A stretch of DNA of 20,000 nucleotides from an uncultured virus (IMG/VR IMGVR_UViG_3300030419_007499) (IMGVR_UViG_3300030419_007499:51708-71707), one strand, 5' to 3'. Positions 8,461 through 16,742 are shown, numbered from the stretch's first letter. The notes: generated from the letters alone by a model not told the origin. Numbers and translations: made by a program.

Positions 8461-11046
8461 ATGAGCTTCACTAAAGACTTTTCTACATATCAAGATTGCG
8501 CACCACCTGGGGTGAGGTTGCCAAAAATCGAAATTGAGAGTAGGTATTATAACGAGTTAAATCTCTCAGAAGATACTTCTAATTATGATTTTTTAAGAGC
8601 TCTTTGCCTAGATGGAGTAAAGAAAAAAGGGATTGACAAAAAGAAAAATTCAAAAGAATATTACGCCAGAGTTCGAATGGAGCTCAAAATTTTAAAAGAT
8701 TTAGGATTTATTGATTACATACTTTTAAATTGGGACATATTACATTTTTGTCAAGAACAAGATATTCCCACTGGACCAGGCCGTGGTAGTGCAGCGGGTT
8801 CTCTTGTGTTATTTTTAATTGGTGTTACACAAGTAGACCCAATTAAATACGATCTTTTCTTTGAGAGATTTGTGAGTAAATCTAGAGCCAGAAAAATAGA
8901 AAAAGACGGAGTTACTTTCCTAGATGGATCACTACTTGCTGATGTAGACAATGATATCGCATACGAAAGACGCGCAGAAGTAATTGACTATATAAAAAGA
9001 AAACATCCAAATCGAACATGTAAAATTTTAACCCTTAATACGTTAAGTGGCAAATTATGTATAAAAGAATGCGGCAAGATCGTTGGATCTTACTCAGAAC
9101 AAGAAGTTAATGAGGTAAGCGATACTATACCCAAAAAATTTGGAAAAGTTGCACCATTAACTCAAGCTTATAATGAAAGTGAACAATTCAAAGAATGGGT
9201 AGACCAGAACCAAGAGATTTTTGAAGTCGCTAAAAAGTTAGAGGGTTTAAATAAAAACACTGGGGTTCACCCATCTGGTATTGCAATTTCATATTATCCA
9301 TTAGACGAGATTTGCCCATTACAGCAAACTAATGATGGTGAGTTGGTAAGTGGATATGATATGAATTGGGTTGCAGAGCTCATGGTCAAGTTCGATATTT
9401 TAGGTCTCAGAACATTGAGTGTCATTTATGATGTTTGTAAACAATTAAACTTCGACATGAACGAAGTAAACCTAGAAGACAAAAATATATATAAGAATTT
9501 AAGAAATGAATTTAGGCATCCACAAGGCTTGTTCCAGATAGAAGCTTATACAAACTTTAATGTTTGTAAAAAGATTGCCCCTAAAAACTTGGAGCAGCTT
9601 AGTGCTGTAGTCGCAATAGCTAGGCCAGGTGCATTGGAATTTACAGACAGCTATGTTGAATACGCTAAGTCTGGCGATTTTCAAAGCGTGCATCCAGTGT
9701 TTGATGAAATCTTGGATTATACTGGAGGGATTCCATTATATCAAGAACAGTTAATGAAGATGGCTGTAAAGGTTGGTTTTACACTCGACGAAGCGGAACA
9801 GTTAAGAAGGATTGTCGGTAAAAAGAAAGTCGACCAAATGCCCGCATGGAAAGAAAAGATCTTTGAAAAAGTTGAACAAAACAGATTAACCAATGCTTGG
9901 ACAGGCCATCGTGGAGATGAAGTCGCCGATGTTTTATGGCAAGTTGCAGAAGATAGCGCAAATTATTCATTTAACAAATCCCATTCAATAGCATATGCAA
10001 CTCTAGCAGCATGGACAACTTATTTAAAATTTAAACACCCCAAAGAGTTTTTCTTAAGTCTACTTAAGATGACCCAGTTTGAGCCTGCTCCGCATGAGGA
10101 GATAGCTAAAATAACCACAGAGCTTCCTTATTTTGGAATTGAGTTACTCCCGCCAGATTTAGGCAGGTCGGATATGGACTTTAAGATAGAAGGCGACAAC
10201 ATTAGATATGGGCTTAATAGCATAAAAGGAGTTAGCCAGAAGACTTTACAAGCGTTAAAAGATTTTAGAGAATCAGAAACGCCAACAAAGTACGATATTT
10301 TTATAAGCGCAAAACAAGCGGGAATCAATATTGGAGTTTTATCTGCTTTAATACAAGCTGGAGCGCTAAATGCATATAAAACTAAACGCTCACGACTCGT
10401 GTTAGAAGCACAATCATTTAATTTACTCACCGATAGAGAAAAGAGAAATTTTGTACAATTGGGAGAAAAATTTAAATATGACGTGTTAAAGACGATAGAG
10501 GCAGCGACAAAAGGAGAATTACTTGCAGATGACAACAGGAGACTAATGTCTGACAGCAGGTTTGTAACTTTTAAAAAGAAGTATAGCAAGTATAAAGAAA
10601 TTTGGGAAAAGAACAGGCTATATGAAGACTTTGCCAATTGGTTTTTTGAGAAAAAACTTTTAGGCTACTCTTATAGCGTGAAATTAAAAACTGTTTTCTC
10701 AAAAGAAAAGCCTCTCATGAATACCTATGAAGTTCAAGCGTCTGAAAATAATGAAAGAGTATACATGGTAGGAGTAGTAGAGGATTGTTTCAAGAGACAA
10801 AGTAGAAATGGCAATAAATATGCCAAGCTAGAAGTCTCCGACGAATTAGGTTTTATAAACGGTATGTTGCTAGATACAGCTAGACAAACAAAGCTAACAG
10901 AATATCTTAATCAGAATGATAACAAATTACCAAAAAAAGAAAGCGTTGTATATCTTGAAGGACGCAAAGGAGATGACATAATCTTTTTAGATAAAGTTGT
11001 TATATACGATGACAAAATCTACATGAAATTAAGTGATTTAAAATAG
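8461..11046 (+). CDS. dnaE: DNA polymerase III alpha catalytic core (family C; PHP domain on a separate gene)
   Basis: GPGRGSAAGSLV, LFFERF, catalytic ADVDND, GVHPSG, VKFDILGLRTL, GLFQIE, RPG, YQEQLM, YSFNKSHSIAY, IRYGLNSIKGV, C-terminal OB fold. Starts at ATG 8461; the TTG at 8425 is the -35 box. Confidence 0.95.
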   Translation: MSFTKDFSTYQDCAPPGVRLPKIEIESRYYNELNLSEDTSNYDFLRALCLDGVKKKGIDKKKNSKEYYARVRMELKILKDLGFIDYILLNWDILHFCQEQDIPTGPGRGSAAGSLVLFLIGVTQVDPIKYDLFFERFVSKSRARKIEKDGVTFLDGSLLADVDNDIAYERRAEVIDYIKRKHPNRTCKILTLNTLSGKLCIKECGKIVGSYSEQEVNEVSDTIPKKFGKVAPLTQAYNESEQFKEWVDQNQEIFEVAKKLEGLNKNTGVHPSGIAISYYPLDEICPLQQTNDGELVSGYDMNWVAELMVKFDILGLRTLSVIYDVCKQLNFDMNEVNLEDKNIYKNLRNEFRHPQGLFQIEAYTNFNVCKKIAPKNLEQLSAVVAIARPGALEFTDSYVEYAKSGDFQSVHPVFDEILDYTGGIPLYQEQLMKMAVKVGFTLDEAEQLRRIVGKKKVDQMPAWKEKIFEKVEQNRLTNAWTGHRGDEVADVLWQVAEDSANYSFNKSHSIAYATLAAWTTYLKFKHPKEFFLSLLKMTQFEPAPHEEIAKITTELPYFGIELLPPDLGRSDMDFKIEGDNIRYGLNSIKGVSQKTLQALKDFRESETPTKYDIFISAKQAGINIGVLSALIQAGALNAYKTKRSRLVLEAQSFNLLTDREKRNFVQLGEKFKYDVLKTIEAATKGELLADDNRRLMSDSRFVTFKKKYSKYKEIWEKNRLYEDFANWFFEKKLLGYSYSVKLKTVFSKEKPLMNTYEVQASENNERVYMVGVVEDCFKRQSRNGNKYAKLEVSDELGFINGMLLDTARQTKLTEYLNQNDNKLPKKESVVYLEGRKGDDIIFLDKVVIYDDKIYMKLSDLK

Positions 11047-11051
11047 TGTAA
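11045..11051 (+). promoter_or_regulatory. AGTGTAA motif (putative phage-specific promoter)
   Basis: 9 nt before ATG 11061; overlaps the dnaE stop; one of six identically placed copies. Confidence 0.65.
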
Positions 11052-11060
11052 TTTTTAATA

Positions 11061-13451
11061 ATGGATAAAAATCAAATCAATTTTACGCCAAAAGCGCAAA
11101 AAATAGTGAAAAAAGCCAAAGCCGAAGCTTTTTCACTCAATACCAAGTCTGCTGATTTGGAACATCTTTTTCTTGCGTTTCTTGATTTAGAAAATTCTAT
11201 AATCAACGATATCCTCGAAGACGTCGAACTTAACAAAGATGAATTAAGACAATTAGTCATTAAAGAATTTAAAAAAGACACAATACAGCTAGAGCCCAAC
11301 GAAAAGATAACATATAGTGTGAACATTAAAAACGCGCTAACTAACGCTAGAAAGCTTGCATTAAAATTAGGGCATTCATATGTAAGTTGTGAACATTTAT
11401 TTTATAGTTTTTTAAAAATTGAACAGTGCCCCGCAATTGAATTTTTTGAAACACTAGGCATCGACACCAACGAAGTTCTAAATAAACTTGAAAAATATTT
11501 CGACATTGAAGAGTTGGAGCAAGAAGAAACGGAGCCCCCACAGGCAAATGATAAAGCTCCTATTGCATTATCTTCCTTTGCAGTAAACTGTAACGCTGTC
11601 GCTTACGAGCAAGGCTATGACCCTATGATTGGCAGAGAAAAAGAAGTTGAAGAGCTTGCCGAAATTTTATGCAGAAGAAATAAAAATAATCCAATTTTGC
11701 TCGGTGAAGCAGGCGTAGGAAAGACCGCTTTGGTTGAAGCTCTAGCTCAAAAAATAGTAGCCCGAGAAGCTCCAGAGTTTCTGCTAAGTAAACAAATTTT
11801 TTCTTTAGACTTGGGCTCCTTAATAGCTGGTACGAAATATCGCGGACAGTTCGAAGAAAGACTTAAAAAAATTATCGAAGAACTCTCAACAAATGAAGAG
11901 TTTATTATTTTTATCGACGAGATACATACTTTGATTGGAGCTGGCGGAGCCGAAGGAACTATGGATGCAGCAAATATGCTAAAACCCTTGCTTGCGAGGG
12001 GAAAAGTTAGATGCATAGGAGCGACAACAATTTCTGAATATAGAAAAACAATCGCAAAAGATGGAGGCCTAGACAGAAGGTTTGAAAAACTACATATATC
12101 TGAGCCAACAAAAACCCATGCAATAAAAATACTAGAAGGGTTAAAGTCAAAATACCAAGAGTTTCATAACGTTGTTTATAAAGACCATCACTGTGAACTT
12201 GCAGTTAATTTATCTAGTAGGTATATTACTGACAGATATTTGCCAGACAAAGCGTTGGACGTTATTGACCAAGCTGGAGCTAAAACTAAAACAAGATGTT
12301 ACAAAAGGCCAGAAATAGCAAAAAACCTAGAAAAGCTAATGGAAACTTGCGAGACAGAAAGTGAGCTTAAGAAAATGACAAAAAGATATGAGGAGGTAAT
12401 GATTGAATGGGCCTCAAAAATTGCGTCAAAGCCGCCAAAAGTGACTGACGATGACATTTATAGAGTGATATGCCAAAAAGCTAAGATACCACTTTCCGAA
12501 CTAAAACAAGACGAAGCTAAAGTTTTTCTAAATTTAGAAAAAAATCTAAACAAATTGATTATTGGCCAAAGTGATGCAGTTAAAAAAGTTTCTCTTTCAA
12601 TTTTAAGAGCTAAATCTGGAGTAAGAGACGAAAATAAACCGATTGGAAGCTTTTTATTACTAGGAACTACGGGAGTTGGTAAAACTTTTACCGCAAAAAT
12701 GTTGGCAAAGTCTGTATTTGGAGGTGAAGATAATATGATTCGCGTAGACATGAGTGAATTTGCAGAAAAATCTTCTGTGAGCAGACTCATAGGCGCATCA
12801 CCAGGCTACGTTGGCTTTGAGGATGGTGGCTATCTTACAGAAGCGATAAGAAAAAACCCGTATGCGGTAGTTTTATTTGATGAAATTGAAAAAGCTCACC
12901 CAGAAGCTTATCAAATTTTATTACAAATAATGGACGAAGGCGAACTCAAGGACTCAAATGGAAAAATTGCCAATTTCAAAAACTCCATTATCTTGCTTAC
13001 AGGTAATATTGGGCACAACTCATTTAACTCTCAAAAGACCATGGGTTTTGGCGGTAAAGATGAACAGCCCACATTTGCGGAAAGCAGAATTAACGTAATG
13101 GGTGAAGCAAAAAAGTTTTTTAAACCAGAGTTTGTTAACAGATTAGACGAGATTATTATCTTTAAACCTCTCTCTAAAGAGAATAACAAAAAAATAGCAC
13201 GCCTAGAGCTAAAAAAACTATCCGAAAGACTAGCAAAACAAGATATACATATAGAATATACGCCTAAAGTCTTGGATTTTTTAGTGGAAAAGGGCACCAG
13301 CGCTAAAAATGGAGCTAGATTTCTAAAAAGAGCTATTCAAAAAAATGTTGAAGACAAAATATCCACAGCAATTCTTAACAAAAGAAAAGGCCACAACCAA
13401 ACACTAAAAATAACAAAAAAGGGTGGACAACTCGTGGTCGCGGAATTATAA
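11061..13451 (+). CDS. clpC: ClpC/ClpA-family Hsp100 AAA+ ATPase
   Basis: Double Clp-N repeat (EHLFLA, EHLFYS); NBD1 GEAGVGKT/IFIDE; DRYLPDKALD; short coiled-coil middle domain; NBD2 GTTGVGKT/LFDEIEKAH; GYVG pore loop; MGF ClpP-docking loop; PEFVNRLD. Confidence 0.9.
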   Translation: MDKNQINFTPKAQKIVKKAKAEAFSLNTKSADLEHLFLAFLDLENSIINDILEDVELNKDELRQLVIKEFKKDTIQLEPNEKITYSVNIKNALTNARKLALKLGHSYVSCEHLFYSFLKIEQCPAIEFFETLGIDTNEVLNKLEKYFDIEELEQEETEPPQANDKAPIALSSFAVNCNAVAYEQGYDPMIGREKEVEELAEILCRRNKNNPILLGEAGVGKTALVEALAQKIVAREAPEFLLSKQIFSLDLGSLIAGTKYRGQFEERLKKIIEELSTNEEFIIFIDEIHTLIGAGGAEGTMDAANMLKPLLARGKVRCIGATTISEYRKTIAKDGGLDRRFEKLHISEPTKTHAIKILEGLKSKYQEFHNVVYKDHHCELAVNLSSRYITDRYLPDKALDVIDQAGAKTKTRCYKRPEIAKNLEKLMETCETESELKKMTKRYEEVMIEWASKIASKPPKVTDDDIYRVICQKAKIPLSELKQDEAKVFLNLEKNLNKLIIGQSDAVKKVSLSILRAKSGVRDENKPIGSFLLLGTTGVGKTFTAKMLAKSVFGGEDNMIRVDMSEFAEKSSVSRLIGASPGYVGFEDGGYLTEAIRKNPYAVVLFDEIEKAHPEAYQILLQIMDEGELKDSNGKIANFKNSIILLTGNIGHNSFNSQKTMGFGGKDEQPTFAESRINVMGEAKKFFKPEFVNRLDEIIIFKPLSKENNKKIARLELKKLSERLAKQDIHIEYTPKVLDFLVEKGTSAKNGARFLKRAIQKNVEDKISTAILNKRKGHNQTLKITKKGGQLVVAEL

Positions 13452-13452
13452 T

Positions 13453-13459
13453 AGTGTAA
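13453..13459 (+). promoter_or_regulatory. AGTGTAA motif (putative phage-specific promoter)
   Basis: 8 nt before ATG 13468. Confidence 0.65.
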
Positions 13460-13467
13460 TTATTATT

Positions 13468-13662
13468 ATGAACTTACTCAGAGGAAAAAAGACATATCTC
13501 ACAGCCGCTGCGGCGGTGATATTCGCTCTTGTTCTTTTCTTTTTAGGACAATTGGGCGGTGTATTAACCACATTGTTTATTTTGGGCGTAGCTATAGCAG
13601 TATTTTTGCGCCAGGGAATCAATGACTTGGCTGCAAAAATATCAGAAAAACAAAAAGAATGA
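13468..13662 (+). CDS. small two-TM membrane protein, holin-like (64 aa)
   Basis: MNLLRGKKTYL followed by two hydrophobic helices and a charged tail. Start inferred from motif spacing; holin role is inference. Confidence 0.6.
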   Translation: MNLLRGKKTYLTAAAAVIFALVLFFLGQLGGVLTTLFILGVAIAVFLRQGINDLAAKISEKQKE

Positions 13663-13672
13663 AGATTAAAGC

Positions 13673-13701
13673 TTGATTTTTTTAAAACTCCGTAGTATCA
13701 T
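13673..13701 (+). promoter_or_regulatory. sigma70-like promoter for dCMP deaminase, embedded in a terminator
   Basis: TTGATT 13673-13678, N17, TATCAT 13696-13701. Confidence 0.55.
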
Positions 13702-13716
13702 ATGCGGAGTTTTTTT
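13684..13716 (+). terminator. intrinsic terminator
   Basis: AAAACTCCGTA-gtatcata-TGCGGAGTTTT stem-loop ending in a T7 tract (13710-13716). Confidence 0.75.
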
Positions 13717-14145
13717 ATGCCGAATCAAGAACTATTAGATATCACCTACATGAAAATGGCCCGATGTTGGGCGGCTCTTTCTAAAGCTGAAAGAAAACAA
13801 GTTGGTTGTTTGATTGTTAAAGATGGAGCGATTATAAGTGACGGGTATAACGGAACCCCCTCTGGGTTTGATAATATTTGCGAATATGAATCTTCCGTAG
13901 GAACCTTAGTTACCAAACCAGAAGTTCTTCACGCAGAAAGCAATGCTATCTCAAAACTAGCCAAATCTACCCAAAGTTCTAATGGTGCAGTTTTATACGC
14001 AACTTGTTCTCCATGCCTTGAGTGTTCGAAATTAATTATTCAATGTGGAATATCTAGAGTCGTTTATGGGGAAAAATACAGAAGCAATCAAGGTATAGAG
14101 TTATTGAAAAAAGCTGGTATTAAAATATTATTTCTAAATGAGTGA
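13717..14145 (+). CDS. dCMP deaminase (ComEB family)
   Basis: QVGCLIVKDGAIISDGYNGTPSG, VLHAESNAI, CSPCLEC zinc motif. Start set at ATG 13717. Confidence 0.93.
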   Translation: MPNQELLDITYMKMARCWAALSKAERKQVGCLIVKDGAIISDGYNGTPSGFDNICEYESSVGTLVTKPEVLHAESNAISKLAKSTQSSNGAVLYATCSPCLECSKLIIQCGISRVVYGEKYRSNQGIELLKKAGIKILFLNE

Positions 14146-14470
14146 GCCTAAAACAGTATTTCTAGAATGTCCCATTTGTAATTTTTTATCAGAAACAGAC
14201 GGTGCTACCGTATACAACGAAGTAACGCTAAAAAATACATACGGCGGAGAAGTAATAGTTTCAAGTGGAGAAGTACAAGATCTTATTTTTTGCGAGAAGT
14301 GTACGACTGTTATATGGCCCAAAGAATATGCCCCTAAAAAACCTAATATTTTTTATGAGAAACCGAAAAAGCCAAGAAAAAAAACTACAAAAAAGCGCTT
14401 GACAAAGAAGAAAAAATCGGGTAAAATAGACGCTTCAAAAGATGAAAATGAAGACATCGAGAAAAGTTAA
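14138..14470 (+). CDS. zinc-ribbon protein with a Lys-rich tail
   Basis: CPIC...CEKC, then KPKKPRKKTTKKRLTKKKK. Confidence 0.6.
   Translation: MSEPKTVFLECPICNFLSETDGATVYNEVTLKNTYGGEVIVSSGEVQDLIFCEKCTTVIWPKEYAPKKPNIFYEKPKKPRKKTTKKRLTKKKKSGKIDASKDENEDIEKS
14399..14427 (+). promoter_or_regulatory. sigma70-like promoter with an A-rich UP-like region
   Basis: TTGACA 14399-14404, N17, TAAAAT 14422-14427; A-tracts upstream. Confidence 0.72.
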
Positions 14471-14663
14471 TCGAATCGTAAAGGCCATTTCGGCCAATGG
14501 GGGTCGAATCTTTGGTTTGACCACAGCAAAGGAAGCCCTAAACGCTCGTTTTGTTAGCGAATCGCCGCAATACGTAACCGTTTATGATAACAATGCCCAA
14601 CGTGAACGCAAGCTCCATAAGTCTACTCTTAAGAGTTTTCGCTCAGGTACTACTGTTATCTAA
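14442..14663 (+). CDS. small basic protein (73 aa), possibly an SH3-like beta-barrel
   Basis: Bounded by its own promoter and terminator; ends in VTVYDNNAQRERKLHKSTLKSF. Confidence 0.7.
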   Translation: MKMKTSRKVNRIVKAISANGGRIFGLTTAKEALNARFVSESPQYVTVYDNNAQRERKLHKSTLKSFRSGTTVI

Positions 14664-14688
14664 AGGTTTTCTTAAAACATTACTACTC

Positions 14689-14714
14689 AAGGCTCCTTTT
14701 TGGAGCCTTTTTTT
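14689..14714 (+). terminator. intrinsic terminator
   Basis: AAGGCTCC-ttttt-GGAGCCTT followed by a T tract. Confidence 0.85.
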
Positions 14715-14721
14715 GTTTTTT

Positions 14722-14728
14722 AGTGTAA
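14722..14728 (+). promoter_or_regulatory. AGTGTAA motif (putative phage-specific promoter)
   Basis: Immediately after the terminator, 8 nt before ATG 14737. Confidence 0.7.
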
Positions 14729-14736
14729 ATATTTTC

Positions 14737-14994
14737 ATGAAAGGTCAGCCACATTCTTTATTTCAAGTCGCAGGAAGCGCAATTGATCCTGGAACAGGTA
14801 ATGCAATTTATATAACATCAATTCATAACGGAACTGATTCCGTCATCGCTGCAGGAGTTACTCTTTCCTCTAGCGATAATATTATATTAGGTAAAAATGC
14901 ATGCCTAACATTTAACCCACCAATGAGATGCGCTACTAGTGAAACAGCTACGCCTGGTACAGGGGTTACTGTAACATATTTCATAGCAAAATAA
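14737..14994 (+). CDS. hypothetical protein (85 aa), Gly/Thr/Ala-rich, possibly virion-associated
   Basis: MKGQPHSLFQVAG...GVTVTYFIAK. Start at ATG 14737, because the longer ORF would run through a terminator. Confidence 0.65.
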   Translation: MKGQPHSLFQVAGSAIDPGTGNAIYITSIHNGTDSVIAAGVTLSSSDNIILGKNACLTFNPPMRCATSETATPGTGVTVTYFIAK

Positions 14995-15004
14995 AGGGCA
15001 CGCA

Positions 15005-15334
15005 ATGGAACAAGAAGTAATTCAGCAGGCCGCAGAAGGATTTATTGGCAAATATGGTTGGCTTTTGTTAGCTGGTGCAGCCACAATAATTTTTAAAGAC
15101 ATTGTTTCACAGTTCGCAGCAGGTTTGACAATTTGGTTTAGCAAAGAATATACTCCAGATGACATAGTTTTAATAGGTGGTAGAAAAGCTAGAATTGTTA
15201 GAGTCGGCATGAAAAGCACAACTTTTTACTTTCCAGATACTAGCACTAAAAAGACTGTATCCAACGCAACTTTCACAGGTTTAGATATCGAAAGAAAAAT
15301 AGAGGACTGGGAAGATGATGCAAAGAAAAAATAA
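15005..15334 (+). CDS. minimal MscS-like membrane protein (paralog 1)
   Basis: A TM segment, then FKDIVSQFAAGLTIWFSKEYTPDDIVLIGGRKARIVRVGMKSTTF...TVSN, resembling the MscS TM3b and beta-domain (QD..SN..AG..I....PF..GD.I.....G.V..IG.R.T...PN). Confidence 0.7.
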   Translation: MEQEVIQQAAEGFIGKYGWLLLAGAATIIFKDIVSQFAAGLTIWFSKEYTPDDIVLIGGRKARIVRVGMKSTTFYFPDTSTKKTVSNATFTGLDIERKIEDWEDDAKKK

Positions 15335-16424
15335 AGAATTAATCGTAGATTTTTCGGATAAAATTCGTGAAAAATCTTTTTCTACTTCTAGGCCTGGCCC
15401 AAAGTCGGCCGCACAAACTCCTGCAAAACCCGAGGAGAGGAAAAGAGGCTCTAAAGTTAACAAACCAGAATCGGCAGCAACAAACAAAGCATCAATAACA
15501 TTCTCAGAAAAAACAACGCAAGCGTTAAAGAATAAAGTTGTCGAACATAATAAAAAATACTCCAAGAAAGTCACTCTAGGGCAACTTAAAAAAGTTTACA
15601 GACGAGGGGCTGGCGCATTTTCTACTTCCCATAGGCCAGGCCAGTCCAGAGCCTCTTGGGCCATGGCTAGAGTTAATATGTTTTTAAAAATGATGCGCGG
15701 AGGAAAAGTAAAAGAATCTTATAAAAAAGCGGATCAAGACATAGCAAAGGCAAGTGAAATATTGTTTGATTCAGAAGGTAAAAAGAATCCACCTTTAAAC
15801 AAGCCATTCAGAACTCCAAAAGGACCGAAAAAATTCTCTGTTTATGTTAAAAATGAAAAAGGCAATATTGTAAAAGTTAACTTTGGCGATCCAAACATGG
15901 AGATTAAACGTGATGACCCTGCTCGTCGAAAAAGTTTTCGTGCCCGACATAATTGCGACAACCCAGGCCCAAAAACTAAAGCACGTTATTGGTCGTGCCG
16001 CATGTGGAGCAAAAAAAGCGTCACTCAGGTGACCAAAGGTTCCACAGAGCAGGAGTTTTATACAGAGTTTTTAGATTTACAAGATTATATTTTAGAAGTT
16101 TTTCCAGAGTATGCCTCGGCAGAAGTTATTAACGAAAAAGATGATTGCGGTTGCGGCTGTGAGCATTCTGAAGCTGCGCATGAAGGCGAAGTAAGAATGC
16201 TAAAAGCTCAACTTAAAAAAGCTTATGATCAAATAGCGGAAATGGTACAAATGCTTCAGTCTATGCCAGACGATACAGATGTTGAAGCATGGCTGCAATC
16301 TAAGATTACTAAAATTTCGGACTATACTAACAGTGTTCACGGCTATATGAAATATTATGAAGACGATGAAACGAACACTGCTTATGAAATGGACGAAGAT
16401 GAAATGAAGGACATGCAAGAATAA
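15315..16424 (+). CDS. multi-module phage hypothetical protein (369 aa)
   Basis: Blocks I recognise from aquatic phage hypotheticals: LKKVYRRGAGAFSTSHRPG...WAMARVNMFLK; KKFSVYVKN...VNFGDPNM...RRKSFRARHNC...KARYWSCRMW; EAWLQSKITKISDY. Confidence 0.75.
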   Translation: MMQRKNKELIVDFSDKIREKSFSTSRPGPKSAAQTPAKPEERKRGSKVNKPESAATNKASITFSEKTTQALKNKVVEHNKKYSKKVTLGQLKKVYRRGAGAFSTSHRPGQSRASWAMARVNMFLKMMRGGKVKESYKKADQDIAKASEILFDSEGKKNPPLNKPFRTPKGPKKFSVYVKNEKGNIVKVNFGDPNMEIKRDDPARRKSFRARHNCDNPGPKTKARYWSCRMWSKKSVTQVTKGSTEQEFYTEFLDLQDYILEVFPEYASAEVINEKDDCGCGCEHSEAAHEGEVRMLKAQLKKAYDQIAEMVQMLQSMPDDTDVEAWLQSKITKISDYTNSVHGYMKYYEDDETNTAYEMDEDEMKDMQE

Positions 16425-16447
16425 ACCTCAAAAGTAAAAGGTAACCC

Positions 16448-16513
16448 ATGTGCACGAATAAAGACTGCTTTAATGACACTTGCCAAGGAGAGTGCACAAA
16501 AAAATCTAAGTAA
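16448..16513 (+). CDS. putative 21-aa Cys-rich micropeptide
   Basis: MCTNKDCFNDTCQGECTKKSK*. Fills the intergenic gap, has AAGGT upstream, and its stop is 1 nt before the next ATG (16515). Confidence 0.45.
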   Translation: MCTNKDCFNDTCQGECTKKSK

Positions 16514-16514
16514 C

Positions 16515-16718
16515 ATGCCATTACCTTCAAAAAGAAAAGACGAAAAACAAAGCGAATTCATGTCACGCTGCATGAGCGACGACATAATGAAAAAAGAATA
16601 TAAAGACAATAAGCAAAGAGTTGCCGTTTGCTTAACTCAATACCGCACTAGGAAAAAGTCCAAAGGGAAGGCGTCCTGGGATGATGTAAGAAAAGGCGAC
16701 ACTCTGGGCTTGATTTAA
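16515..16718 (+). CDS. small phage hypothetical protein (67 aa)
   Basis: MPLPS...E.QSEFMSRCMSD..M.KEY....QRVAVC, a pattern familiar from phage hypotheticals. Confidence 0.7.
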   Translation: MPLPSKRKDEKQSEFMSRCMSDDIMKKEYKDNKQRVAVCLTQYRTRKKSKGKASWDDVRKGDTLGLI

Positions 16719-16737
16719 TGATTTTAATCCATATAAT
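16710..16737 (+). promoter_or_regulatory. sigma70-like promoter (leaderless)
   Basis: TTGATT 16710-16715, N16, TATAAT 16732-16737, then 5 nt to ATG 16743. Confidence 0.65.
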
Positions 16738-16742
16738 CTAAT

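Noticed and set aside
9779..9785. AGTGTAA on the - strand inside dnaE
   Set aside because: Intragenic and antisense, with no plausible downstream gene; a few chance copies are expected in AT-rich DNA.
560..11046. Inteins or introns in recA, dnaB and dnaE; stop-codon reassignment
   Set aside because: Proteins are of normal length with no intein or homing-endonuclease motifs, and TAA, TAG and TGA all end genes at sensible junctions.
15125..15154. TTGACA-N18-TATACT inside MscS-like paralog 1
   Set aside because: About 160 nt from the next start, unlike the other promoters. Possible but unsupported.
15375..15645. Short near-repeat encoding FSTSRPG / FSTSHRPG
   Set aside because: Only two short imperfect copies within coding sequence; not an array.
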